From: an uncultured delta proteobacterium
GTDB taxonomy: Bacteria > Desulfobacterota > Binatia > UBA9968
DNA length: 64,000 bases
Assembly (NCBI GenBank): GCA_963745035.1
Contig: CAVUVW010000021.1
Span: 386,045-450,044, forward strand
Reading direction: 5' to 3'
Shown here one piece after another: positions 40,417 to 51,269 of the stretch; within the stretch, counting starts at the first letter, position 1, and each line of letters opens with the position of its first letter. The position numbers and the translations under genes are program-made. Under the pieces are notes generated by a model that was not told the DNA's origin, made no database searches, and worked only from the letters and a program-made list of their open reading frames with translations.

Positions 40417-41510
40417 AGATTGTCGAGCAGGTTCCGGAATATATTCGAACGTTGATCCCGTACGAGCCGGGCAAGCCGATCGAAGAAGTCGAGCGCGAGT
40501 ACGGCATCGCGAATTCGGTCAAGCTCGCGTCCAATGAGAACCCGCTCGGGCCATCACCCAAGGCGCTGGCGGCGATGCGCGAGAAATTGGAGCAGCTCAA
40601 CCTATATCCGGACGGCGACTGCTTCTATTTAAAGCAGGGCCTGGCGAGGAAGCTCGGCGTCGCGCCGGAGAGTTTGATCTTCGGCAACGGCTCCAACGAG
40701 ATCATCGAGCTGGCCGCCCGCACGTTTTTGCGGCCGGGAGACGAAGCCGTGATGGCCGAACAGGCTTTCGTGGTTTACCAGCTGATCGTGCAAACGGTCG
40801 GCGGCCGGAGCCGCGCCGTGCCGCTCAAGAATTTCACCCACGATCTGGCCGCTCTCGCCGCAGCGGTGTCGCCACGCACGCGGATGATTTTTCTGGCCAA
40901 TCCCAACAATCCCACCGGCACGATCTACCGGCGGGACGACTGGGAGCGCTTTCTCGAAAAGATTTCGCCGGATGCGCTGGTGATCGTCGACGAGGCCTAT
41001 TTCGAGTACGTGCGCGACGGCGAGTATCCGGACTCGCTGCGCTACCATTCACAGGGCCGCGCCATGCTCACCCTGAGAACGTTCTCGAAGCTTTACGGCC
41101 TGGCGGGCTTGCGCATCGGCTACGGCATCGGCGCGCCGGAGCTGATCGCGCTGATGCAGCGGGTGCGCCAGCCCTTCAACGTCAATGCGCCGGCGCAATG
41201 GGCGGCGTTGGCCGCGCTCGACGACGTGGAACACGTCGAGCGCAGCCTGGTGGCCAATCGCCAGGGCATCGATTATTTGGAAAAGGAATTCTCCAAGCTC
41301 GGGCTCGAGTTCGTTCCGAGCCAAGCTAATTTTATTTTGGTGCGGGTCGGCAGGGGACAGGAAGTATTTCAGCAATTGCTTAAACAAGGCGTGATCGTCC
41401 GGCCCACCGGCGGGTACCGCTTTCCCGAGCACGTGCGGGTGACGGTGGGAACCATGGACGAGAACAAGAAATTGATCGGCGCACTGGCGAAAATTATCAG
41501 CGGGAGTTAG
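40413..41510 (+). CDS. hisC: Histidinol-phosphate aminotransferase
   Basis: PYEPGKPI, KLASNENP, GNGSNE, NPNNPTG, DEAY, RTFSKLYGLAGLRIGY. Confidence 0.96.
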   Translation: MKIVEQVPEYIRTLIPYEPGKPIEEVEREYGIANSVKLASNENPLGPSPKALAAMREKLEQLNLYPDGDCFYLKQGLARKLGVAPESLIFGNGSNEIIELAARTFLRPGDEAVMAEQAFVVYQLIVQTVGGRSRAVPLKNFTHDLAALAAAVSPRTRMIFLANPNNPTGTIYRRDDWERFLEKISPDALVIVDEAYFEYVRDGEYPDSLRYHSQGRAMLTLRTFSKLYGLAGLRIGYGIGAPELIALMQRVRQPFNVNAPAQWAALAALDDVEHVERSLVANRQGIDYLEKEFSKLGLEFVPSQANFILVRVGRGQEVFQQLLKQGVIVRPTGGYRFPEHVRVTVGTMDENKKLIGALAKIISGS

Positions 41511-41535
41511 CCGCGCGCGGCACAGAGATCGCTCG

Positions 41536-42399
41536 ATGGCAGTGATGTTCGAAAAGGTGGTGATGGCCGGCGTGGGGCTCATCTGCGGCTCACTGGCGTT
41601 GGACATGCGCCGGCGCAAGTTGGCCAAGGAGATCATCGGCTACGGGCGGGGCGAAGGAAATCTCCGCCTGGCGCGGCGCCAGGGCATCATCGACGGCTAC
41701 TTTTTGGTCGCGGACGATTTTCCCGCCGGCGTGGATTTACTGGTCATGGGAACGCCGGTGGCATCGATCGCGCCGCTCACAAAGGCGTTTTTGCCCAGGC
41801 TCGAAGCGGGGGCGATCATCAGCGACGTGGGCAGCGTCAAAGGCGGCGTCGTGCGCGCGATGGAAAAGCTCCTGCCCAGGCAAGTTCACTTCGTGGCCGG
41901 GCATCCGATCGCGGGCAGCGAGCAGTGGGGCGCGCAGGCCGCGCGCCACGATCTGTTCGCGCGCCATCGTTGCATTCTGACGCCGACCAAAAAGACCGAC
42001 CGCAGGGCGCTGGAAAAAATCGCCGCGCTCTGGCGCGCGGTGGGCGCCGAGGTGGAAAAGATGTCGCCCGACGCGCACGATCACGTGCTCGGCGTGATCA
42101 GCCATCTGCCGCACGTGTTGGTTTACGCGCTGGTCAACGCTCTGGAGCGGCGGCCGTCGAAGGGCGTCGATCTGAAAAAATATTGCGCCGGCGGCTTTAA
42201 GGATTTTACCCGGATCGCCTCGAGCCGGCCCGAGCTTTGGCGCGACATCTGTTTGATGAATCATCGCGCGCTCGGCCGCTCGCTCGGCGACTACATTGAA
42301 TATCTGCAGCGGCTCAACGGCTGGATTCGCGACGGCAAGGGCGCGCTGCTGGAAAGAGAGTTTGCCCGGGCGTATCAAATCCGCGCGCAGATTCCGTGA
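41536..42399 (+). CDS. tyrA: Prephenate/arogenate dehydrogenase
   Basis: GVGLICGS, DVGSVK, HPIAGSE, HD, SHLPH, GFKDFTRIA. Confidence 0.95.
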   Translation: MAVMFEKVVMAGVGLICGSLALDMRRRKLAKEIIGYGRGEGNLRLARRQGIIDGYFLVADDFPAGVDLLVMGTPVASIAPLTKAFLPRLEAGAIISDVGSVKGGVVRAMEKLLPRQVHFVAGHPIAGSEQWGAQAARHDLFARHRCILTPTKKTDRRALEKIAALWRAVGAEVEKMSPDAHDHVLGVISHLPHVLVYALVNALERRPSKGVDLKKYCAGGFKDFTRIASSRPELWRDICLMNHRALGRSLGDYIEYLQRLNGWIRDGKGALLEREFARAYQIRAQIP

Positions 42400-42409
42400 C
42401 GGACCGACG

Positions 42410-43693
42410 ATGAAACGGATCGAACCGGCGAAACTGGCCCTGCGCGGCGCGATTACCGTGCCGGGCGACAAGTCGATCGCCCATCGCGCGGTGATCTTGT
42501 CGGCGATCGCCCAGGGCGAAAGCCGCATCTACAATCTTTCCGGCGGCGACGACAACTCGCGCACCGTGCGGGCGTTTCGCCAGATGGGCGTGGAGATCGC
42601 GCGCGACGGCGATGCGCTTTGCGTCGAGGGCAGAGGATGGAACGGCTTGCGCGCGCCGGGCCAAACCGTCGATTGCGGCAATTCGGGAACGACCATGCGG
42701 CTGCTATCCGGGCTTTTGGCCGGACTGCCGTTTCACAGCGAGTTGGACGGCGACGGCTCGCTGCGCCGGCGGCCGATGAAGCGGGTGATCGAGCCATTGA
42801 GCCAGATGGGAGCGCGGATCCGCAGCCGCTCGGGCGATGGGCTGGCGCCGCTGGACATCGACGGCGGCGAGTTGCGCGGTATGCACTATTCTATGCCGAT
42901 CGCCAGCGCGCAGGTGAAGTCGGCGATTCTCTTGGCGGCGCTCCAGGCTCAGGGCGAAACAATCGTGCGCGAGCCGCAGCGCTCGCGCGATCACACCGAA
43001 GTCATGCTCGGCGGCTTCGGCGGCAAGATCGCGGTCGACGGTTTGACGATTCGCATCGACGGCCCCCAGGCTTTGACCGGCCAGAACGTGCGCATCCCGG
43101 GAGACATCTCTTCGGCGGCGTTCTTTTTGGTCGCCGCGGCGATAATTCCGGGATCGGACCTACTGGTGCGCGGCGTCGGCTGCAACCCCACGCGCGACGG
43201 CGTGGTAGAAGTCTTGAAACGGATGGGCGCGGCGCTCGAAGTGCGCAATGAGCGCACGGAGGCCGGCGAAAGGGTCGCCGATATTCGCATCACCGGCGGC
43301 CGCCTGACCGGCGTCGATCTCGGACCCGAATGGGTGGCGCGCACCATTGACGAATATCCGATCCTCGCCGTGGCGGGGGCGGCCGCGGACGGCGTGACGA
43401 CGTTCTCCGACGTGAAGGAGCTGCGTTACAAAGAATCAGATCGCATCGCCGCGATGACCGAAGGGTTGCGCGCGCTCGGTATTTCGGTGGAAGAACGCGC
43501 CGACGGCATGACGATTCACGGCGGGCGTTTGCGCGGCGGCGCGGTCAAGAGCTACGCGGATCATCGGATCGCGATGTCGCTCGCCATCGCAGGATTGGTG
43601 AGCGCTCACGGAGTCGAAATCGACGACGCTCAATGCGTCGATATTTCGTTCCCGTCGTTTTTTGATTTACTCGCTGAAATTTGTTTGCATTAG
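42410..43693 (+). CDS. aroA: 3-phosphoshikimate 1-carboxyvinyltransferase (EPSP synthase)
   Basis: PGDKSIAHR, GNSGTT, SAQVKS, RDHTE, PGDISSA, KESDR, DHRIAM. Confidence 0.97.
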   Translation: MKRIEPAKLALRGAITVPGDKSIAHRAVILSAIAQGESRIYNLSGGDDNSRTVRAFRQMGVEIARDGDALCVEGRGWNGLRAPGQTVDCGNSGTTMRLLSGLLAGLPFHSELDGDGSLRRRPMKRVIEPLSQMGARIRSRSGDGLAPLDIDGGELRGMHYSMPIASAQVKSAILLAALQAQGETIVREPQRSRDHTEVMLGGFGGKIAVDGLTIRIDGPQALTGQNVRIPGDISSAAFFLVAAAIIPGSDLLVRGVGCNPTRDGVVEVLKRMGAALEVRNERTEAGERVADIRITGGRLTGVDLGPEWVARTIDEYPILAVAGAAADGVTTFSDVKELRYKESDRIAAMTEGLRALGISVEERADGMTIHGGRLRGGAVKSYADHRIAMSLAIAGLVSAHGVEIDDAQCVDISFPSFFDLLAEICLH

Positions 43694-44406
43694 GTCAAGA
43701 GACGCGGGATAGTCGGCGCGCACAGGGGGAGAGGTTGATCATCGCCATCGACGGCCCATCGGGAGCCGGTAAGAGCACTTTGGCCAAGCGTTTGGCCAAG
43801 ACGCTCGATTTCATCTACCTGGATACCGGCGCGATGTATCGCGCGCTCGCTCTCAAGGTCTTGCGTCAAGGCATCGATCTGGCGGATGATGCTGGGCTGG
43901 CCGAGCTGATCGGCACAACCGAAATCGATTTGCGCGAACGCTGCGGCAAGCTCGCCGTGCTGCTTGACGGCGCGGACGTGGCGGCGGAAATCCGCACGCC
44001 GGAAGTGAGCCAGATGGCCTCCAAGGTTTCCGCGCTGCGGATCGTGCGGGCGCGTATGTTGGAGCTGCAGCGCGCCATGGGCCGGCGCGGCAGCGTGGTC
44101 GCCGAAGGGCGCGATATCGGCACGGTCATCTTTCCCGACGCCGAGGTGAAGGTTTTTCTCGACGCGTCGATTGCGGAGCGCGCGCGGCGGCGCTGGGAAG
44201 AGCTTAAGGGTTCCGGCCGCGTAACGGTGGATTTAAGCGAGACCCGCCGCGAGATCGAGGAGCGGGATCGAAGAGACAGCGAGCGGGACGTGGCGCCCTT
44301 GCGCAAGGCGGAGGATGCGTTGATGATCGATTCATCGCGTTCCGGCGTGGACGAGGTCGCCGCCATGGTTCTCGCGCACGTGCGGCAGAAACGAAAAGAA
44401 AACTAA
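43681..44406 (+). CDS. cmk: (d)CMP kinase
   Basis: AIDGPSGAGKST, DTGAMYR, EGRDIGT, RD..DS.R. Start could be 43735. Confidence 0.96.
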   Translation: MFALGQETRDSRRAQGERLIIAIDGPSGAGKSTLAKRLAKTLDFIYLDTGAMYRALALKVLRQGIDLADDAGLAELIGTTEIDLRERCGKLAVLLDGADVAAEIRTPEVSQMASKVSALRIVRARMLELQRAMGRRGSVVAEGRDIGTVIFPDAEVKVFLDASIAERARRRWEELKGSGRVTVDLSETRREIEERDRRDSERDVAPLRKAEDALMIDSSRSGVDEVAAMVLAHVRQKRKEN

Positions 44407-44426
44407 ACGGATCGGAGTGGGTATGT

Positions 44427-46173
44427 ATGGCTCAACAGGATGAACATGGACAAGGCGCGATGACCGGCGGCGCCAGCGAATTCGAAGCGATGTTCGAGGA
44501 GAGTCTGCGCACGGTCAAGCCCGGGGGGGTGGTCAAGGGGCGCGTCGTCGGCATTACCGCGACCCATGTATTGATCGACGTGGGCTACAAATCCGAGGGC
44601 CAGATTCCCATCCAGGAATTCACCGACAGGCAGGGCAACGTTCAGGTCAAAGTCGGCGACGACGTCGACGTATTTTTCGACTCCTCGGAAGCCGAGGGAG
44701 GCGGCATCGTGCTGTCGCGCCAGCGCGCGGAGAATCTCAAAGTCTGGGAGGATCTTGAAAGGGCTTTCAATGAGGAACAGGGCGTCCAGGGGCACATTGT
44801 CGGTAAGGTGAAGGGCGGCTTCAAAGTCGATGTCGGCGTGCCCGCGTTTCTTCCCGGCTCCCATGTCGATATTCGCCCGAGCCGCAATCTCGACCGGTTC
44901 ATCGGCACCACCGACCGCTTCGCCATTCTTAAATTCAATCGGGCGCGCGGCAACGTGGTGGTCTCGCGCCGGGCGCTCCTGGAGAAGGAGCGCGACTCGC
45001 TCAAGAAGGAAATCCTCAAGGTGCTCGAAGAGGGCGTGATCCTCGAAGGCACGGTGAAAAACATCACCGGCTACGGCGCTTTCGTCGATTTGGGCGGCAT
45101 CGACGGCATTCTGCACATCAGCGATATGTCGTGGGGCCGAATCAATCATCCTTCGGAAATCGTCCAGGTGGGCGAGAAGATCAAGGTGGCGGTGCTCAAA
45201 TTCGACGCCGAAAAGGAACGAATCTCTCTCGGCATGAAGCAGCTCACGCCCGACCCGTGGCATACCGTGGTGGAGAAATTTCCCATCGGAACACGCGTAC
45301 AGGGCAAGGTGATCAGCTTGATGGACTACGGCGCGTTTGTCGAGCTCGCGAGCGGCATTGAGGGATTGGTCCATATTTCAGAGATGTCGTGGACGCGCAA
45401 GGTGACGCATCCATCCAAGCTGCTCCAGGTCGGCCAGCAGGTCGAAGTGGTCGTTTTGAACGTCGACTCGGGGCACCGCCGCATCTCTCTCGGCCTCAAA
45501 CAGGTCATGGCCAATCCGTGGGAAGCGGCAAAGGATAAATATCCGGTGGGGACGATCATCAAGGGACCGGTGCGTAATATCACCGATTTCGGCATGTTCG
45601 TCGGCATCGAAGAGGGCATCGACGGGCTCGTGCATATCTCCGATCTGCACTGGACCAAGAAGGTCAAGCATCCCTCTGAGCTGTATAAAAAGGGCGATAT
45701 CGTCGAGGCCAAAGTCCTCGGCATCAACGTCGAGAACGAGCGTTTTTCACTCGGCATCAAGCAACTGGCTCCCGATCCCTGGAAGGTGGTCGCCGATCGC
45801 CATCCGGTGGGCTCGAAGATCAAAGGGCAGGTTACCAGTGTCCCGGATTTCGGAGTTTTCGTGCGCATCGAGGAAGGGGTCGAAGGGTTGATTCATGTCT
45901 CCCAGTTGAGCACCGAGCGGGTCGACAAGCCGGCGAGCCTTTTCAAAGTCGGCGATGAAGTGGAGGCCGAAGTGGTCAGCATCGAGTCTGGCCGACCGCA
46001 AGATCGGCCTCAGCATCCGCGCCCTGCGCCGCACCGAGGAGCGCCAGGAAATGGAAAGCTACTTGAAGCGCGAGAAAGAAGGCGGGCGCTTCTCCTTCGA
46101 GTCGTTGCTCGGCGACGAGCTCCGGCTGGATCGCGACGAGGAGACCGAGGGCGGGCGCAAGGGGCGCGGCTAG
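44427..46173 (+). CDS. rpsA: 30S ribosomal protein S1 (+1 frameshift near 45989)
   Basis: Six S1 repeats (GYKSEG, FLPGS, YGAFVDLG, EGLVHISE...). The true C-terminus RKIGLSIR...GRG* is in a second frame. Confidence 0.96.
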
Positions 46174-46199
46174 TTCCGTCACGGCTCATCTGGATTGTC

Positions 46200-47102
46200 A
46201 TGACAAGAAAATTTTCCATCCTGCGCGGCCTCGGCGTGCTTTTGATTTTTATCCTGGTGGTCTTTACCGGCGTGTTCTTCTACGCGTACGTCACCGGCGG
46301 CGACTCCAAGACGCTGGCGCTGTTTGCCGGCGACGGCGTCGCGGTATTGCAAATCGAGGGCGCCATCGACGATTCGCAGACCGTGCTCGCCGAGATGAGG
46401 CGCTTTCGCGAGATGCCGTGGGTCAAGGCGATCGTGGTGCGCATCGACTCCCCGGGCGGCGCGGTGGCGCCGACTCAGGAAATCTTCGAGGGGATTCTCC
46501 GCTCCAAAAAACAAAAGCCGTTCGTCGCTTCTCTCGGCGGCATCGCAACGTCCGGCGGTTATTACATCGCCGCCGCGTGCGACAGCATCATCAGCAATCC
46601 CGGCACGGTGACCGGGTCGATCGGCGTCATCATGCAGCTTGCCAACGTCGAGGAGCTGATGAAGAAGATCGGCGTCCGCGGCGTCAACGTCAAAAGCGGC
46701 GTCAACAAGGACATCGGATCGCCGTTTCAGCCGCTGTCTCCGGAAGGGCGCGAGATTCTGCAATCGTTGGTCGACAACGTGCATGGCCAATTTGTGAGCG
46801 CGGTAGCGCAGGGAAGAAGCATGGACGAGGCGGTGGTGCGCAAGCTTGCCGACGGCCGGGTCTACTCCGGCGCGCAGGCGCAGAAGCTTGGATTGGTTGA
46901 CCAGTTCGGGACTTTGCAAGACGCCATCGAGCTCGCCGCCAAGCGCGCCGGGATCGAGGACGAGCCGGCAGTTTATTATTCGCGCCCGGAGCAGGAGCGA
47001 TGGTGGGAGCGGATGTTCATGGGCATCTTCGGCCGTCGGCTACCGGGTTACGAGCGCGGCGGGTGGCTGCGCTACGAATGGTCTCCGTCGCTGCTTCAGT
47101 AG
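46200..47102 (+). CDS. sppA: Signal peptide peptidase SppA (S49, 36K type)
   Basis: N-terminal TM; RIDSPGG, SGGYY, TGSIGV, ADGR, GLVD. Confidence 0.93.
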   Translation: MTRKFSILRGLGVLLIFILVVFTGVFFYAYVTGGDSKTLALFAGDGVAVLQIEGAIDDSQTVLAEMRRFREMPWVKAIVVRIDSPGGAVAPTQEIFEGILRSKKQKPFVASLGGIATSGGYYIAAACDSIISNPGTVTGSIGVIMQLANVEELMKKIGVRGVNVKSGVNKDIGSPFQPLSPEGREILQSLVDNVHGQFVSAVAQGRSMDEAVVRKLADGRVYSGAQAQKLGLVDQFGTLQDAIELAAKRAGIEDEPAVYYSRPEQERWWERMFMGIFGRRLPGYERGGWLRYEWSPSLLQ

Positions 47103-47159
47103 CGCCGCTCGACCGGCGTATTCAGCATTGAAATTCTTTTGTGTTGTGAGGATGATGAT

Positions 47160-47474
47160 ATGACAAAAAGGGACTTGATCGATGAGGTCAACAAGCGCTT
47201 TCCTCATCTATCACGGCGTGACTCGGAAGTGATCATCAACGCGATCTTCGATTCCATGGTGGAAGCGCTGGCGCAGGGAGACCGGATCGAAATCCGCGGA
47301 TTCGGCAGCTTCGTGGTGAAGCACCGCCGCGCCCGACAGGGACGCAACCCGAAAAGCGGCGCGCTGGTGTCGGTGGCGGCCAAGCGGGTGCCGTTTTTCA
47401 AGGTCGGCAAGGAGCTGCGCTTGCGCGTGGACGGCAAGCCGTTCGATCCCTCCGAAATCGGAGATGATGAGTGA
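47160..47474 (+). CDS. ihfB: Integration host factor beta subunit
   Basis: MTKRDLI, IEIRGFGSF, GRNPKSG, PFFKVGKELR. Follows rpsA-sppA. Confidence 0.92.
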   Translation: MTKRDLIDEVNKRFPHLSRRDSEVIINAIFDSMVEALAQGDRIEIRGFGSFVVKHRRARQGRNPKSGALVSVAAKRVPFFKVGKELRLRVDGKPFDPSEIGDDE

Positions 47475-47963
47475 AACAGCTCTGGGCTCCTTGGCGCATG
47501 GCCTACGTCGAAGAAGGCGCCAGAGGAGGATGGGTGCATCTTCTGCGCCAAGCTTCGCAGCCGCGATCCGCGAGCCGATCTGGTCCTGACCCACACTGCC
47601 CATACCGTCGTGATGCTGAACAAATTTCCGTACAACAACGGTCATCTGCTGCTCGCGCCGAAACGTCACGAGAAAAGCCTGGCGCTTTTGCCGGTGGAGG
47701 AGTTCACGGATCTGAACGAGGCGCTGCGCCGCTCGATCGAGATCATCCGCGAGATTGTCCGCCCCGGCGGCATGAACCTCGGCATGAATCTCGGCCACTG
47801 CGCCGGCGCCGGGATCGAGGACCATCTCCACTGGCACGTCGTGCCGCGCTGGGAGGGCGACACCAACTTCATGCCGGTGCTCGGTGAGACCCGCGTCATG
47901 CCGCAGCATCTGCTCGAGAGCTACGATCGATTGCAACCTTTCTTTCAAAATCTGTCTGGTTAG
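47471..47963 (+). CDS. HIT domain protein (Ap4A phosphorylase-like; frameshift near 47525)
   Basis: LWAPWRMAY, CIFC, LNKFPYNNGH, AGAGI.DHLHWHVVPRW.GDTNF. Confidence 0.9.
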
Positions 47964-48073
47964 TGCGCCCGCCGAACAAAAATGATATTGTCTTCAAGAC
48001 GACCGGGCGCTGGCGACGAAACGCAGTCAAAGCAAGTGCCAGAGCAATTTTTCCTCGGAGGAGGCAACAGCCA

Positions 48074-49472
48074 GTGAGCGAAGCAAAAACTTTAGCGGAA
48101 CTGAAAAAAAGCGGCGTTGCGGTGCTGCCGGTGCGCGACGAGATGCGCAAAAATCTGGTTCGCCGCCTGGAAAAGGGCGAGCGAATTCTTCCCGGCATCC
48201 TCGGCTACGACGAGACCGTGATTCCGGAGATCGAAAACGCCATCCTGTCCGGCCATCACATGGTGTTTCTGGGCGAGCGCGGGCAGGGGAAATCGCGCGT
48301 CATTCGCGGGTTGACGAGCCTGCTCGACGAGCGCATTCCGATCGTGCAGGGCTGCGAGATCAACGACAACCCGTTTCATCCCATTTGCCGGGTGTGCCGC
48401 AAGAAGGCCGCCGAAATGGGCGATGCTTTGCCGCTGGAATGGGTCGATCGGGACACCCGCTACGGCGAAAAGCTCGCGACTCCGGACGTTTCGATCGCCG
48501 ATCTGGTCGGCGAAATCGACCCGATCAAAGTCGCCGAGGGCCGCTATCTGGCGGACGAGGAAACTATTCATTACGGTCTGGTGCCGCGCACCAACCGGGG
48601 CGTGTTCGCGATCAACGAGCTTCCCGACCTCACCGAAAAAGTGCAGGTCGGGTTGTTTAACCTGATGGAGGAGAAGGACGTCCAGATCAAAGGCTATAAG
48701 ATCCGCTTGCCGCTCGACGTCGTGATCGTCGCCAGCGCCAACCCGGAGGATTATACCAGCCGCGGCCGGATCATCACGCCGCTGAAGGACCGCTTCGACG
48801 TGCAGATCCGCACCCATTATCCGAAAAAGATCGAGGACGAAATCCAGATCATGGAGCAGGAAGCCGCGCCGACCCATCAGCGCAGCCGCAAAGTCGAAGT
48901 GCCGCGCTTTATGAAGGAGATCCTCGGCCATCTCACTTTTGAAGCGCGCAAGTCCAACGAGATCAACCAGACTTCCGGCGTGAGCGTGCGCGTGACCATC
49001 AACAACTATGAAAGCATCATCAGCAACGCCGAAAAGCGCGCGCTGCGCTGCAAGGAAAACGACATCGTGCCGCGCATCAGCGACCTGCATTCGCTGATGG
49101 CGTCGACCAGCGGCAAGATCGAGATGGAGTACGTCGGCGAGGACAAAAAGGAAGACGAGCTCATCGAAAAGCTGGTCAATCGCTCGATCATCAAGGTCTT
49201 CGATCAATACTTCAGCCTGAACTCGCTCTCCAAAGGTCGTCGACTATTTCAACTCCGGCTGGGGCGTAGAAGTATCCGATCAAATGGTCGCGCAGGACTA
49301 CCTCGAAGGCATCAAGGAGATTCCCGGCTTAAAGGAAGCGATCAAGTCGCTGGGCATTCAGGAATCGCCCACGTTGATGGCGTCGGCGACGGAATTTGTC
49401 CTCGAAGGTCTGCATTTGCATCAAAAGCTCAACAAGGAGATCGAGGGCGGCCGGGTCACCTACGGCAAGTAG
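48074..49472 (+). CDS. AAA+ ATPase, magnesium chelatase subunit I-like (frameshift near 49232)
   Basis: GERGQGKS, EKLATPD, INELPDL, ASANPEDYT.RG, LKDRF, EFVLEGLH. Confidence 0.88.
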
Positions 49473-49512
49473 GCGAATTTCGCCTGCGCTCCCTGGAGCA
49501 GCCACACCGTTC

Positions 49513-51102
49513 ATGGTCCATATCCGATACAGCCGCTGGAACGGCAGCTCGGGCGATTCCCTCGACTCGGACTCCGTGTTCGACCAGCTCAACGACTACA
49601 TGAACGAGACCGGCGATTTGCAGCAGGCCATGCGCCGCCTGATGCAAAAGGGCATGAAAGGCGAGAAGCAGACCAAGGGCATCGAGGATCTGCTGTCGCA
49701 AGTCGCCAAAGAGATGCGCAAGCTCTACGACGAGTACCGGTTGCAGTCGGCGATGGACGAGGTGCAGGAGCAGCTCGAGTCGATCGTCGATCAGGAGCGC
49801 CAGACCCTCGAGCGGATGGACCAGGAGGGGAACGACGTTCAAGACAAAAAGCAGTTTCTCAACGATCTTCCCGGCAAGACCAGCGAAGCGATCGAGAAGC
49901 TCACGTCGTATCGTTTTGAAAACGCTCAGGCCGCCAAGGAATTCCAGCAGCTCGTCATGCAGCTCGACCAGATTCGCAAACTGGAAAACTGGCTGCGCCG
50001 CGAGGGCAGCCTTTTTCGCGGCCAGACGCCGATGCAGTTCCAGCAGTCCCAAGAGCTGATGGAGCGCATGGAAGATTTGCGCAAGCTCGAATCCCAGCTC
50101 TCCAGCATGCAGCTCAAGGACGTCGATCGGGAGCTGCTGGAAAAACTGCTCGGCGGCGATCCCAAGCAGGACTTCGAGGGCGTCATGCGCATGCAGTCGC
50201 TGCTCGAAGAGGGCGGCTACGTGATCGAGCAGGGCGAGCGTTTCGAGCTGACGCCGAAGGGCGTGCGGCGCGTCGGCCAGCTCGCGCTGCGCGACATCTA
50301 CAAACAGCTCCGGCGCGACGCCATGGGCCGCCACGACACGCGCAATCGCGGCAATCAAGAAATGCTCCTGGAAACCAGCCGGCCCTACGTGCAGGGCGAC
50401 CCGCTGCACATCAATATGGTGCAGACGCTCAAGAACGCGCTGCTCCACGGCGGCGGCGTGCCGGTGCGCATCGGTCCGAAGGATTTCGCGGTCTACGAGT
50501 CCGAGTTCAACACACGCGCGGCGACGGTGCTGCTTTTGGACATGAGCTGGTCGATGAGTTGGGAGGGCCGCTTCGCCGCGGCCAAGAAAGTCGCGCTCGC
50601 GATGGAGAGTTTGGTGCGTGCGCTGCATCCGCGCGATTATTTCGGCATCGTCGGGTTTTTCACCCGCGCGGTCGAGTTGAAGGCCAAGGACTTGCCGCAG
50701 GCAACGTGGAACATGGGCGACCCGTTCACCAATTTGCAGGACGGCCTGCACCTCGCTACCGAAATGCTCGGGAAAAAACCCAGCGCCAACCAGCAGATGA
50801 TCGTCATCACCGACGGCCAGCCGACGGCGTACTGCCGCCAGGGGAGGCTTTACTGCGAATGGCCGCTCAGCTTCGGCGGCATCAGCCAGCGCGCCGCCGA
50901 GGAGACGCTCAAAGAAGTCGAGCGCATCACGCGCAAAGGCATCACGATCAACACCTTCATGCTCGACGACAGTCCGGTGCTGCGCGGCTTCGTCGACGAT
51001 CTCACGCGCATCAACAAGGGCCGCGCTTTTTACACCCGCCCCGACCGGCTCGGAGAGTATCTCCTGGTCGACTATCTTTCGCACCAGCGCAAAAGAGTTT
51101 AG
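49513..51102 (+). CDS. vWA domain protein (partner of the upstream AAA+ ATPase)
   Basis: RYSRW; MIDAS DMSWS, T in FTNLQ, ITDGQPTA; INTFML. Confidence 0.88.
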   Translation: MVHIRYSRWNGSSGDSLDSDSVFDQLNDYMNETGDLQQAMRRLMQKGMKGEKQTKGIEDLLSQVAKEMRKLYDEYRLQSAMDEVQEQLESIVDQERQTLERMDQEGNDVQDKKQFLNDLPGKTSEAIEKLTSYRFENAQAAKEFQQLVMQLDQIRKLENWLRREGSLFRGQTPMQFQQSQELMERMEDLRKLESQLSSMQLKDVDRELLEKLLGGDPKQDFEGVMRMQSLLEEGGYVIEQGERFELTPKGVRRVGQLALRDIYKQLRRDAMGRHDTRNRGNQEMLLETSRPYVQGDPLHINMVQTLKNALLHGGGVPVRIGPKDFAVYESEFNTRAATVLLLDMSWSMSWEGRFAAAKKVALAMESLVRALHPRDYFGIVGFFTRAVELKAKDLPQATWNMGDPFTNLQDGLHLATEMLGKKPSANQQMIVITDGQPTAYCRQGRLYCEWPLSFGGISQRAAEETLKEVERITRKGITINTFMLDDSPVLRGFVDDLTRINKGRAFYTRPDRLGEYLLVDYLSHQRKRV

Positions 51103-51269
51103 CGCGCTCACTTCACCTCCATTCGCGTTTCCACGACATTTTCCGCCTACGGCGGGAATCCAGGCGGACTATGGCATCGTTCGAGAACGCAATGTGGGAA
51201 GCCCGCTGCGGCGAGTCTGCCATGCGGGCGTGATGGTCGCCTCGGCAAAGTGATAGGATTCGGGATCAC

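Noticed and set aside
39204-41510. 768-aa PheA-HisC fusion ORF
   Set aside because: One extra T near 40023 shifts pheA into the hisC frame. The PheA C-terminus with its own stop (40416) and the hisC ATG (40413) are both present.
44427-47102. 891-aa RpsA-SppA fusion ORF
   Set aside because: A +1 insertion near 45989. The genuine S1 C-terminus and stop (46173) are in another frame, and sppA has its own ATG at 46200.
49456-51111. Long antisense ORFs (551 aa here; also 2380-3903, 20961-22343, 53500-54975 and others)
   Set aside because: Shadow frames of high-GC genes. They have no recognisable motifs and fully overlap well-supported CDSs.
51141-51158. Hairpin TTCCGCC-TAC-GGCGGGAA after the vWA gene
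   Set aside because: Imperfect stem and no U-tract, so not enough to call a terminator.
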